Part shown: one piece after another, positions 9,606 through 21,360 of the stretch
Position numbering within the stretch: position 1 is the first letter of the stretch
Layout of the letters: every line of letters starts with the position of its first letter
From: Selaginella moellendorffii
Taxonomy: Eukaryota > Plantae > Lycopodiophyta
DNA length: 31,020 nucleotides
Direction of reading: 5' to 3'
NCBI RefSeq assembly: GCF_000143415.4
Contig: NW_003314364.1
Span: forward strand, 197,725 to 228,744
Notes under the pieces: model-generated
Database searches by the model: none
What the model saw: only the letters and a program-made list of their open reading frames with translations
Told to the model about the DNA's origin: nothing
Program-made: the position numbers and the translations under genes

Positions 9606-11785
9606 TCACACTCCACTATCCAGAACGTATTGAGTGATCCCAACTAGCCTCCGCAGGATTCTTTCATCTCGGAGCACGAGGTTCCTGGACTTCCTCCAGT
9701 TTTGATAGCCAGCTGCAGGGTAAAGTTCGGATGTAGTAACAATGTATACCTTGACCCTGTGAGGAGGAATTCCAAACTTGTGCATCACCTTCAGCATTGC
9801 TGCGTACTTGAGGCCATGTGCATGCCTTGCAGAGCTGAGGGTCACTTGGTACACCTCCAAAACGTCTAGCCAACCTGCCAGTCGCACAATCTTCATGGCA
9901 TCGATTGTTTCTTCAACAGCAGACTCTGGCCAGATGATCTGATTCACAGGAGCAGCAACTGGTAAGCTTTCCAGTTTTGGAACTTCGAAAGGCTGTCCGA
10001 AATTGAACACCATCTCCTGGTCATCCAGGCTTGTATCTTCATAGACTTGGCGAACCTTGAATCGCTGAACTCCGCGAGCTAGTGACTTGAATTCGTGCTG
10101 AAATACATTGCCCTTGCAACCATTTACTCCGTGCGCTGCCAAACCCTTGAAGGACAGGAACAGCCGTAATGCCCCACTTGTTGACTCTTTAAGCTTCTTT
10201 CGGGCAGCCTCGGACAGGTATGGAGAAGCAAACATGTACTCCTAGCTGGCGTATCCCTGTTTCACCCTCTGGTGCACTACCTTGTGGGATGGATGGTCTT
10301 CATCAGCCACCTGCGTGCCCACCAATTCAACTGTCTGCTGTATGGACTGCAAACCGCTTACTACCTCATCCAAGTCTACGTGCGGCTTCTCCAGCACAAA
10401 CCGAGCCGTGCCACCCCATTTCTTGTACCGCTCTTTCACAACATCTAGTGTCAGCTTCTTTCTTGCTTCGAGCAAAGCAATCAACTCCCCATTCTCCACA
10501 GCAACTTCCTGAAGATGTGCGAGAGCTGGCAGTCTCGGATCAAATATCTCCTGCCAAGCCAGTGCGATCTCCGCAGCAGACCAGACCGGTAGCAAGACAA
10601 GATCTCCACGTCTCCACGTCCATCCTTGTCGTAATCCTGGAAGTTGAGCAGCTTGGGGGTGGTGGCAAGTAATGACTTGCAGCTGAACGAAGGGACTTCA
10701 GGCATCTTGCCATCCACCAAAAGGTAGACTTCGGGGTCGTATAGAACGGACTTGTTTCTCAGCTTCAGACACGTGTAAGCCTCACCAGTACCCGGCGCTT
10801 CCACAGGCTGCGGTTCAAATAGGAAGAAATCTCCTCCCTTGGTCTGGACTGCAATGGCTTTCCTCTGCTTCATTAAACTGAGCAGCATGCAGATGATAAA
10901 GCCGGTCTTGCCAATCCCAGGCACTCCAACTAGCAGAACTGCCTTAACTCCGGCGTCCCAATGTGCCTGCACCCTTTCCTGAACACTCACATAGCTCCGC
11001 CTCTCTAAGATCTTGGTGCCGCTAGCCTTGCACCAAATCCTCTCTACAGCCTCCTTACACCGCTCGGATGAGAACACGTACATTTTCAGCTCCAGCAGTC
11101 CTGCTATGAACAACACTCAGACAGGATTTGTCATAGTAATGCTCAACTTACCCGGCTGAGCAGGTTCCGGTAGATCATTATAAGCATTCTCCATCATTTC
11201 CAATTCTTCGCCTGGGTCCTGAATTCATGCGGAACGTGAGAAAGAAAAAGAAAACAACAGGCTCACCTCTTCGTCTGAAGCTTGCTCAATTATTTCCTCC
11301 TCAGAACCAGAAGGAGGAACAATCGGACTGTACTGAGCAGGCAGCTCCGGGATTTCATTCTCCTGCCGAAGAGTGACGGTCACCTCCGTACACTCAAATC
11401 CCCACTCCAATGTGCAGGCATCTTCCACTGCACAAGAAGGATGTGAACACAAAACAACAAAGGGAAGACACACCATACCATGGTCTGTGGTGTCAGGCCT
11501 CATATAGTCACGAAGCGCAATGCAAAAGAGAGCCGAAAGGTGGGAGCGGAGAGACCTGAAGTTGACATTGGCTAGCTCGTCCAACTTATGGAACCCCGCG
11601 TTCGTCAGGCTCTTCACCATCTTCAAGTTTGCGGTGGGAAGGATACCTTGAACTGAGAAATTCATGAATGCTCTCAGACTCGCGCTTCGGAGCCATGAAA
11701 CCCTAGCGTTAATTTTTCCGTCTGCTGCAGATAATTTCCAGACCGTGCAGGAGACAGTGTGGCAGGGGATCGACTCTAGGTACAC
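9606..11785 (-). pseudogene. Crinkler/RHS (CR)-like P-loop NTPase plus restriction-endonuclease-fold gene, disabled; 5' end uncertain
   Basis: Walker A GVPGIGKT; YLLVDG; LLATTP; LPVWSAAEI; RYKKWGGTARFVL; SHKVVH; FASPY; GNVFQ; TIDA...YQVT...H. GT-AG introns at 11428-11478, 11219-11266 and 11101-11151 splice in frame. Frameshift at ~10593-10618 and in-frame TAG at 10242-10244. Confidence 0.8.
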
Positions 11786-13384
11786 AGCTCTCTATCCAAG
11801 ATGAAGTGAAGAATGGCACTGTACCCCTCTTGTGCCTCAACAAATTGGGAGTGCGATGATGAACATCTTGAAGAGGCCAAGATCTTCTATGTTGCACTGC
11901 ACACATGATGTGATGCATTTTTTCAGGTAATCGGATGGCACACTGATTTCAGGAAACGATTGATATGGGTCTCTGCACCCCCGGAACTGCCAAGAAATTT
12001 GGAATGGATCTTGTGAAACCACTAACAACGGGAAAAGTCCTTAAGCATGAAACAAAACCTGTAGTCTGTCAACAACTTGGTTGGTCGCTATGGGTCACTG
12101 TAATCTCTTTTATACATCACTTAGTCCCATTGAATATGAATTTTTGATGCTTTTTCAGACCCACTATACGAAAAAATTTGTTTTTTCAGACCTCTCCCTA
12201 ATACAATTGTAAGTTTTATAGTAAATTAACATTTTCCAGCTGAAATCAAGGGTTAGTATTAAACTATATCCATATAATTATACATTTAGGGCATAACTAT
12301 GTTTAAGATATTAATTTATTTTTTCCTAGATTAAATCATTTAAGGCATAACTAGGAATAAATAAATTAATATCTTAAACACTTTGATTAAGCCTGTATTA
12401 AAACTGAATTTTGGAATTTGAATAGGATCTAATTGGGATTGAATGCTGAATTCAACAATTCAAATTCACTTTGTTAGTAAAGAAAGGCTGCATGGTGGAT
12501 CTGTTCTTCCTCTTCGCCACTTTTTTCTAGGGTTCATAGGATTGGAATGATGTGCTTTGGCAGCTTGTATTTTTGGTCACAATCAACTTTCACGGGTGTG
12601 TTTGTTGATATAAAGACCATATCAAAAGCAGCTAGCTGAGGCAACTCTAAACGGCAACAAGTTATGAAATTTCACTCCTCTTTCATGGCATGAAAAGTTT
12701 TAATTTAGGCATGACCATTTCAGAAGCTGGGTACTGATATTTGATTAGCCAGATGGTGTCCTTACTCTTTCTACTTTCCAGTTATGTATACTTAGGGAGC
12801 CAAGTCAACAGGACTCTACTGTTGACTTTGAGAATATTTTATTAGAATAATTGTTGCCATCTAAAGAATATTCTCTCATTTATATTGCTGTTTAAAAATA
12901 TACTAAGAATAGAGTTTATATTTAAGGATAGTACTAGCCTTGAAAGTTAGTATTATAATATTAATACTAACTTTCTTTTTTAAGATTAAGTATTTGAACT
13001 ATGTTTATATGTTTAAAATACAACTACAAAGTGGAAGTTTTCACTGATGATTGGGAAGGCATAATAACAAATGTTGATGTCTATCTCTGTCTAGCAAACT
13101 CCAATGACATTACCTTAATTTTCAATGTTGCAGTGAAGTAGGGCACCAAGCAGTAAAAGTTTCACTATTGGTCAATGAGTGAGAGATACAGTTATGGAGA
13201 GAACAATGAATGAATTCAAGTTGAAATGTTCAAATTGTAATCATGAGGCTCTTACACTTTTAAAAGAGAAGTCCCAACATTTGGAGGCAAAGACAGTCAA
13301 AGACAATGGATTAAGTAAATTTGATAAAACTCATGGCACAAACTTAGTTCATTTGAAGAATAAATGGTAGAAATAGGAAATTTA

Positions 13385-13960
13385 AAGCAATGGTCAAGCA
13401 ATCTATAATGACCCAAGCTTGTTCATTTTGCCTTGTGTTCTTGGCAAATATGTAATTAAATCCATGGATATGCTTATCCGTCTATCCTCTAGGATAGGCA
13501 ATGACACCAAAAGCCCCATTGGCTTTTTCTTTGGCACTTTTACTTGTCAAAAATTCTTGCATATCTTGCAATATTTGAGAATGTCATTTTTCATGTTCTT
13601 CCAAAAGAACTTACTCTTGATAAATCATACATCTTCTTCCCCTAAAATGACTAGCCTGTACGTGGTCATGATAATAGTAAAGGACATGGTTGATTAGCTT
13701 ATCAACTTGGGGCAGATATACTTGGCCATTGTACAAAAGCAAGCCATTCTAGCATAAAAAAGGTGACTCCATGTGCACACTAAGCTCATGTACCTTAGCA
13801 TCCTATTGTTGAATTTGTCTGACCATGCTCGCAAATTCTGTTACAGCTTTTGTCAAAGCATAAAAAATCCTTTCCTAAAATTCTCCCACAATAGTAGAAC
13901 ACACGTGAGACAAGGCATTAGCCACAACATTTATGCATCCAGCTTGTACTTAATAGGAAA
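13385..13960 (-). pseudogene. pol: Decayed Gypsy RNase H end, integrase zinc finger and start of core
   Basis: Minus-strand translations VANALSH; HDHVQASHF; FFWKNMKNDILKYCKIC; KPMGLLVSLPILEDRRISISMDLITYLP. Confidence 0.8.
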
Positions 13961-14276
13961 TTCTCAAACTCCATAGGTTTGATTATCCACTGTGCCTAGC
14001 AAGAGTTAAGCTCCTTCTATTTAATAAAAAGTACTAATGACTTATACCATAAACACAACACCAAATAAATAATGTTGCCACATGGGTAAATCACATGATA
14101 ATTCAGCTGAAAACACGTCTCTGAACTTCTCAAGTTCCTCACCACAATTGATTCTCCACACAACAATTTTGACATATCCAACTCATGGATATACATCAAA
14201 CAGAGTTCACTTTCTTTATTGCACATAATGCTCTTCAAAGACATCAACTTAGTCAAGCTTAGAACATCAAGTAACT

Positions 14277-14520
14277 GCAACCTTCTGTGGATTGGTCCTT
14301 ACCCCTTTAATAGAGACAATATCTCCTAAATACTTGCATTTAGATTGCATAAACTTGCATTTGCTCCTCTTAGCATAAATTTTATGCTTGTGTAGCAACT
14401 CCAACACTTTGCACAAATGCCATCTATGCTTTACTATATTCTGCTGAAGATAAGAATATTGTCAAGGAAAATCTCCACAAAGTCATGCAAATACTCCTTA
14501 AACATATGGGTTATACACTT
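14277..14520 (-). pseudogene. pol: Decayed Gypsy RT core
   Basis: MFKEYLHDFVEIFLDNILIFS...HLCKVLELL...YAKRSKCKF...YLGDIVSIKGVRTNPQKVA. Confidence 0.85.
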
Positions 14521-14650
14521 TATAGAGGAATGTGCAATTGTAACAAATGTTGTTGAGTTGAGGAGTTTCTTGGGAATGGCTGGTTATTATCACATGTTTA
14601 TTAAGCATTATGCTGATCTTACTATTCCCTTGACTCACCAGAACACTCAT
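14521..14650 (+). pseudogene. pol: Gypsy RT C-terminal fragment in the opposite orientation
   Basis: TNVVELRSFLGMAGYYHMFIKHYADLTIPLT. Confidence 0.85.
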
Positions 14651-14949
14651 TTTGCTTCACTAGAATACTCATTTTGAGTGGGAGATGTTGCAGGAAGGGG
14701 CTGGGCAGATTTTGAGCTTAGCTCACAAGTTGAGCTCGAGTCAACAAAAGTCAATATAATCAATTAAATACAAAAGTTGAGATGAACTGACAAAAAAAAA
14801 AAATTGAATGTTTTAGTGGTATTATACAGTTTATGATATTTATTTTTATATTATTATTTTTTTTTAGACTGAAGATATTAAACTTAGTCTTCCTCAACAT
14901 CTATATCCACAAAAGGAGGAACTTGAGAAAAATGGTCTAGTCACAGGAT

Positions 14950-15205
14950 TGTAAGTGATTAATGTTTTCATTCCACTATCACATCTTTGACCATTTGGAG
15001 GAGTCTCACTCACAACTTTTATAAGTCTTATTCCAGATTTAGGGATATGTTAGCCGTGTGAATGGCATCTATGCCATTTAGCCTTTGCACTTGGTCCAAG
15101 TGCTCCACATGTCCAATCTCACAATAGACAACCCAAAGTATTACTAACCTATTAGCCCGTTACACTAAGCCATGTTTATTTACCCTTGTCTCATTGGTAG
15201 TCCAA
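14950..15205 (-). mobile_element. Old inverted family-A LTR, 3' end
   Basis: Reverse complement aligns with ~21080-21345, e.g. TTTGCACTTGGTCCAAGTGCTCCAC. Begins TGTAAG. Confidence 0.85.
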
Positions 15206-15210
15206 GACAT

Positions 15211-15645
15211 TGTGAGACACAAATCCCAAAGCTCCAAAAGTGGAGCCAAAAGGGTGCCACATAGTAGTGGCTGAAGCAAAAGCTAAATGAACATAACACA
15301 TTTGGACTAAAAGCTCTGACTTAAAAATTCAAGAGCGGGAGTGGAATTTTCAATGAAGTGCTCAAGGAACGAGCACAAAATGAGCAATAAGTGAGTCTCT
15401 AGAAAAGGGACACAAGAGGACCAACACATAACATGTGGAAGTGTCGAGATGGACCCGAGATGAAGTCCAAGATGGAATCTGAGATGGACCTGAGACGGAG
15501 TCCGAGATGGAGTTTGTGATGGAACCGAAATAGAGTTTGAGATGGACTCAAGATAAAGTTCAAGATGGAGTCTGAGATGGACCCTAGATGGAGTCCGAGA
15601 TGGACCGCAAGATGGAGTTCAAGATAGACCCAAGATGGAGTCTAA
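15211..15645 (+). mobile_element. Truncated, diverged family-A LTR, 5' part
   Basis: Starts TGTGAGACACAAATCCC and contains decayed GAGATGGAGTCC repeats. Confidence 0.88.
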
Positions 15646-15649
15646 AAAA

Positions 15650-16368
15650 CTTAAACCCTCTAGAAAATAACTCCGAGCATCTTCGTCACTCATATTTGCA
15701 ATCATAATGTGCTTCTGAGCAAATGCATTAATGTAATGCATGAGATCCCCTCACTGCTTTAACTGCCGCAGCTCTGCGCGAAGTCTCAGACCAAGATCAT
15801 CTGGCAAGTATTCCTTATGAATACGAGACCGCATCTTGGTCCAACTTCTAGTTTGCCCTTTTTCAGCACACACTTGGCGCCACCAAGTTTTGGCATGATC
15901 GGTGAGAAAGGATTATGTGCACGCAACTTTTGTACGATCATCTACATCTGCCACTATGAAATAGTTTTCCATATTGTAGACCTAGTCTTCCAAAACCTGA
16001 TAGTCCCGCATGCCTCTAAAGTTGGGTGGTTTCAGAGGCTTGAACTTTGAAACTCGTGCAACCGGGGGTGGCTGCTGAACTTCATCATCCTCAGAACTTG
16101 AAGAGGAGTCCGGTTGCTTAGGCTTAGCTGGTTTAGCTGCCTCAGCTTCTTTCTTCCTCTTCTTGTTCTCCTTCTTCAATTTGCGAATCTCCCTTCGCAA
16201 ATTCTCAATCTTGATTTCCTGAGCCGTACGTTGCAACGTTGCAGCATCTGGCTCTTCCTCTTCTAACTCGGCCTCAGCCTCTTCTGCAGCTTCTCTAGTA
16301 GGAGTTTCCTCCTCTCAATTTGCCCGTCTAGAGGTTTCAATGTCATCAGCACGGTTCCTCTTCACCAT
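15650..16368 (-). pseudogene. gag: Gypsy gag remnant of element C
   Basis: ATG at 16368; KPLKPPNFRGMRDYQVLED*VYNMENYF; ELRQLKQ*GDLMHYINAF...SDEDARSYFLEGL. Confidence 0.85.
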
Positions 16369-16546
16369 CCTGCTAGCTGCATACATGCCTCTATCAGTAA
16401 CTGAACATGCTTACAACGTTCTTACCGAATGGTGCAATCCAACTAATCCTACATAGGTCGCTTCGGATCTACTAGAAAAGTCTCTGCGTATGCCACTTGA
16501 GTCAGAAAATCTGACAAAAGTTGGATAGGAATCGCTGAGACAATTT

Positions 16547-16557
16547 CTCTGATACCA
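16547..16557 (-). promoter_or_regulatory. Primer-binding site (tRNA-iMet)
   Basis: Reverse complement TGGTATCAGAG, 2 nt from the LTR end. Confidence 0.9.
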
Positions 16558-16559
16558 AA

Positions 16560-17476
16560 TGTAGCACACCTGAATTTGGAGTTGAACTCCAAGCCCATTG
16601 CGCTATGAACGAGGGTCTAGTACTATCCCACGAGCACCACCTCCCTGTATCCAGCACTTGCACACAAAATGGTGTCAGACGAAGTCTGGCACAATTTTGG
16701 CATACCGGTGGCCTAACACGAGGAGGAGGGTACCCCATCGACTAGAGCAGCATGGAGCTTGGGCTTAGACCCAAGCCGGATGCAAAACAAGGAGCGACAC
16801 AGCCCAGCGGGAGCCAAACTAATGTCTCAAGTGGTCGGACATGCATTCTAACCACTATCCCTACTATACATTTGGAACCCCCCACAGCCCCCCCCCCCCT
16901 TGAGGAACACATGCTTTAGACTTTCACCCCAAGTCTCCCTTAGTACCAGGAGTTAGTCTTTGGGACAAGCTTGAAACTTACTAAATATGTAATGGCGCTA
17001 GATTGCGAATTTGGACATGGGACGAACACTATTGTGTTCAGGCCGACCTCTACATTCCGTAGATATGCCAAATGAGTGAATCTAGACACTTTCTATAAAT
17101 AGCATTTGGGACCGAAATGAGATTAACACAAAGGGCATAATAGTGAGGGTGTTTGGCAGACATGGTAAGCTATCATCCGGCGATATTGAGGGACTAGTCT
17201 CAATACGTGAGGGTTCTTGCCAAGCCAGTGCAAGACAGAGCAAAAGAGAACTAAGAGCCAGGCCGAGTATGCTCAGCTAGAAACACATAGGATTTCCTAC
17301 CTTATGTCCATCCAGCCAAGTAGAAATGCTAAGTCCAGTTTACTAACACTTGGACAAGAGGGGCTAATAAAGGGAACCAGCAGTACTGACCTCCTGCTGT
17401 CGTGGCAGTAAGGAAAGAGTGTCCGTAAGGATTGGCCGACAAGTATCTTTCGATACCCGAAGTTACATTTGCGACA
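16560..17476 (-). mobile_element. 5' LTR, family C (917 bp)
   Basis: TG...CA ends, adjacent PBS and gag, homologous to 18232-18964. Confidence 0.85.
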
Positions 17477-17785
17477 TTTAAGGAGTATAGTCTCTCCAAC
17501 TTAGAGACTCATCTAATCATAAATAGTTGTCCTTCCCCTTTTTTTGTTTAGTTTTCGCTAAACTCGTTAGAGAAACCTTTTATATCTCAATCCTGCTACT
17601 CATTCAGCTTTTATTACATAACTATAGCACTTTAGAACTTTAATTTTGACTTCTCAAGTAAATTTTGTGGGCAGGTTATACAAACTCCACTTCCCTATTC
17701 TAGAAAGTTCTTTATTTAAGGGCACCATTATCCTCTTTTCTATTTCATGCCATTCTAAGCACTAAATTCCATTTATCCATAATAT
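17477..17785 (-). mobile_element. Old inverted fragment of the family-A internal 3' region
   Basis: Reverse complement aligns with ~24910-25245 (AGTCTCTAAGTTGGAGAGACTA; ATGGTGCCCT.AA.TAAAGAACTT). Confidence 0.8.
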
Positions 17786-17922
17786 ATGTTAGGGTTGTTG
17801 TAGTATATGTGGTTTTGACTATTTATCCTATAGTGATTTACCATAAGATGTGGAATCTAAACCCTCTATATGCCACATGTCAAATGCCACATGCTACATA
17901 CCATATGTTCAAAAAACAATGG

Positions 17923-18964
17923 TGTAGAACCTGAGTGTCAGGGTCTTGGGCCACCGAATGAAGAAATGGAGCCAAATTCTTAAGCATGGAGCCAAGGAAT
18001 GAAGGTACTGGAGTACGGAGCAACTCTCGAGTATACAACCCAAGGAATGGAGGGATAGGAGCATGGAGTGACAAGGAGCAAAGGTACTGAAGTATGGAGT
18101 AACTCCCAAGTATACAACCCAAAGAGTGGAGGGACAGGAGCACAGAGTGACTTAGAACAGTCATAAAGTATTCAACATCCCAATGCCAAAACTAGCATGC
18201 AAAATGGAGCCAAATGGAATTTGGCACTATTTCAACATACCGGTGGCTTAACGTGAGGATATAGATACTCCACCAGCTCGCATGGTGTGGAACTTGGGCT
18301 TAGACCCAAGCTGGACATAGAACAAGGATAGGCACACAAGTGGGAGCTAGGATATGCCTCAAATTGGTCAGTCATACCCCCCCCCCCTAAGGAACACAGG
18401 CTTTGGGCTTTCACCCTTAGCCACCTTTAGTACCAGGAGTTAGTTTCTGGGACTAAGTCAAAACTTACTAAATATGGAATGGCACTAAATTATGAATTTG
18501 GACATCGGATGAACACCATTGTGTTTAGGACAATCTCTACATTTCGTAGATATGCTAAATTAGCAAATCTAGACACTTTCCATAAATAATAATTAGAATC
18601 GAATGATACTAACACAAAGTGTATGATAATGAGGGTGTTTGGCAGATATGGTAAGCTATTATCTGGCAATATTGAGGGACTAGTCTCAATACGTAAAAGT
18701 TCTTGTCAAGCTAGTGTAAAACAAAGCAAAAGAGAACTAATAAGTTGGGCCAAGTATGCTTGGCTAAATAGACACTTAGGAGTTCCTTCCTTATGTTTGT
18801 TCGGCCAAGTACAGATGCTAAGTTCAATTTATTAACACTTGAACAAGAGGGACTGATAAAGGGTCTAGTAATATTAACCTCCTGCCATTGTGATAGTAAG
18901 GAAATAATATCCGAAAGGACTAGTCAATAGATAACTTTCGATACCCAAAGTCACATTTATGACA
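17923..18964 (-). mobile_element. 3' LTR of a second family-C element, with a ~78-bp tandem repeat (~17985-18150)
   Basis: TGTAGAACCTGA...ATGACA, homologous to 16560-17476. PPT (reverse complement AAGGGGGGAGAG) is immediately adjacent from 18965. Confidence 0.8.
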
Positions 18965-19512
18965 CTCTCCCCCCTTAGAGAAGATTGACGTCTTTGCCAA
19001 TATATATTCTAATCTAGAACATTGCCAAGAAAACAACTCTAGAAAAAGTTTATGGTATTTAGACTTTGTGAGAAATGCACTAACTTAAATGAGTTAGGAG
19101 GCAACTTCTTTTTCTAACACAAATGCGCTACCAACTCAAATACCTTCCAATTGTTGCTGACAAGGAAATGACTAATGGAGTTAGCCACCCTTGCTACTTT
19201 GGGTGTCACCCAGCTTACAAAAGTGTGATACACCCCTACCTGTAGAGATGTAGAGAAAGAAGCCAAAGGCCCCAACCCTCATAAGCATAGAAACCAAACC
19301 CGTCAGTAAAATTTAAATAGACTATTGTAAACAAGTAGTTAGAGTTGTTTATATAGTCACGCCTTTTGGAACAACATAAGGAACATCAAGAGAGAGGCGA
19401 GTGATGTGACCAATCGATAGTAACTATCCCATGACTAAAGATTTCACCATGCACATGAAATGTCGAAGCCAGTTTGCCTATATTGGCCCAAACTCAAAGA
19501 TCAATATATGGA

Positions 19513-21345
19513 TGTGAGACACAAAATCCCTAGGCCCCAAAGTGGAGCTGGAAGGGTGCCACGTGGTAGTGGCCGAAGCGAAAACCAAACGAGCGTAACA
19601 CGTTTGGACTAAAAGCTCCGGCTTGAAAGGTCGAGAGCGGGAGTGGAACTCCCAACAAAGTGCTCGAGGAATGAGCACGAAGCGAGCCATAAGCGAGGCT
19701 CTAAAAAGGGACCCAAAAGGACCAACACATGACACGTGGAAGTGTCCGAGATGGACCCGAAGTGGAGTCCGAGATGGAGTCCGAGATGGACCCGAAATGG
19801 AGTCCGATATGGAGTCCGAGATGGAGTCCGAGATGGAGTCCAAGATGGAGTTCGAGGTGGACCCGAGATGGACCCGAGTTAGAGTCCGAAGTGGAGTCCG
19901 AGATGGACCCGAGTTGGAGTCCGAAGTGGAGTCCGAGATGGACCCGAGTTGGAGTCCGAAGTGGAGTCCGAGATGGACCCGAGTTGGAGTCCGAAGTGGA
20001 GTCCGATATGGAGTCCGAAGTGGAGTCCGAGATGGAGTCCGAGATGGACCCGAGATGGACCCAAGATGGAGTCTGAGATGGAGTCCGAGATGGACCCAAG
20101 ATGGAGTCTGAGATGGAGTCCGAGATGGACCCGAGATGGAGTCCGAGATGGACCCGAAATGGAGTCCGAGATGGACCCGAGATGGAGTCCGAGATGGAGT
20201 CCGAGATGGAGTCCGAGATGGAGTCCGAAGTCGAGACCGAGACCGAGACCGAGATCGGGACCGAGACCGAGACCGAGGCCGATACCGAGGCCGAGGCCGA
20301 GTCCGAGTCCGAGTCCGAGTCCGAGTCCGAGTCCGAGTCCGGAGCCTGAGAGGGTGAAAGCCCAAAGCGTTCGTCTCCCAGACCCTGGGGGGTTTGGTGA
20401 GCTCCAAAAGTATAGTAGGGGGAGGACTGCAGTGGAGCCAGTTTGGCCAGGAAAGGCCAGTTTGGCCCAGGAAGGCCGGACCCAGTGTTGGGTGATGAGC
20501 TGCCCACTGGGAAGTCCAAGACTAGAGTGAACACGGACTGACAAGCGGGGTAGCTTGGTGAAGTGTTCAAGAGCCGGCTCTAGTTCCCCCGGGAGATCGA
20601 CTGGCCGATGCTCCCAGTTCAAGTGTGGGTGGCACTACCTACTTGGATACCTGGTGTGGCTCAACGGAACCCGCTCTAAGCCCATGGCTAGAGCACCTAA
20701 GGGCAGAAGGCGAGGAGAGTACCCAGGTGGCTCGCGTAAGGCCACGGTGTTCCGAAATGTTGCCCCAAAGGCCCAGACTGTGGAAAGGAAGAGGAGCAGT
20801 CCTCTGGGGTAGTGACCAAGGACACAGTCGTGTGGTGAGGAAGTCCCAGAGGACCGTGGGACTTAGTGGTCGGGCCTGTGGGTCTCGATCCAGTGGCAGT
20901 GTTGGCAAACACGGCCAGGGGCAGAAAGGGACTTAGTGGGGACTGGCAGAGGGATATTGGGGAAGGCTATTCCCCTTGTCGGTGGGCATCCTAAGGGTGC
21001 TAAGGAGTGGATCTCAGATGACCACTCACGGATGGTTTGCCTAGTCTTGGAGAGCCAAGACTGTGATGCAAGTGGTAACGGACTACCAGTGTGGCAAAGG
21101 TGATTGGGCATGGCCTTAGCGTAACGGGCTGCTATGTCGGTGGTACCTTTGAGTGTCGGTCATGGGATCGGACACGTGGAGCACTTGGACCAAGTGCAAA
21201 TGTTGAGTGGCATGGATGCTATTCTCGGGGCTAGCAAGTCCCAAGTCCTGGATTGGACTTATGGAGGTTGTGAATGAGACTCCTCCAAGTGGTCAGAGGT
21301 GTGGTTAAGTGACTAAAGTAGAATGGAAAATTTTAGTCGCTTACA
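19513..21345 (+). repeat. 5' LTR of the LARD
   Basis: TG...CA. Only one difference from the 3' LTR was seen (19842 A vs 25776 G). Confidence 0.97.
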
Positions 21346-21348
21346 ATT

Positions 21349-21360
21349 TGGTATCGGAGC
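21349..21360 (+). promoter_or_regulatory. Primer-binding site (tRNA-iMet)
   Basis: TGGTATCGGAGC, one mismatch from TGGTATCAGAGC, 3 nt after the LTR. Confidence 0.9.

Noticed and set aside
13040-13370. Cys-containing short ORFs (possible zinc knuckle)
   Set aside because: Too degenerate to assign.
16560-18964. The two C LTRs as the ends of a single element
   Set aside because: PBS and PPT lie on the outer sides and the intervening DNA is a family-A fragment, so they belong to two separate elements.
20345-20370. Hammerhead ribozyme-like CTGAGAGGGTGAAAGCCCAAA (retrozyme hypothesis)
   Set aside because: The core does not fit CUGANGA...GAAA spacing and CTGA is absent from LTRs B and C; only a GNRA hairpin is supported.
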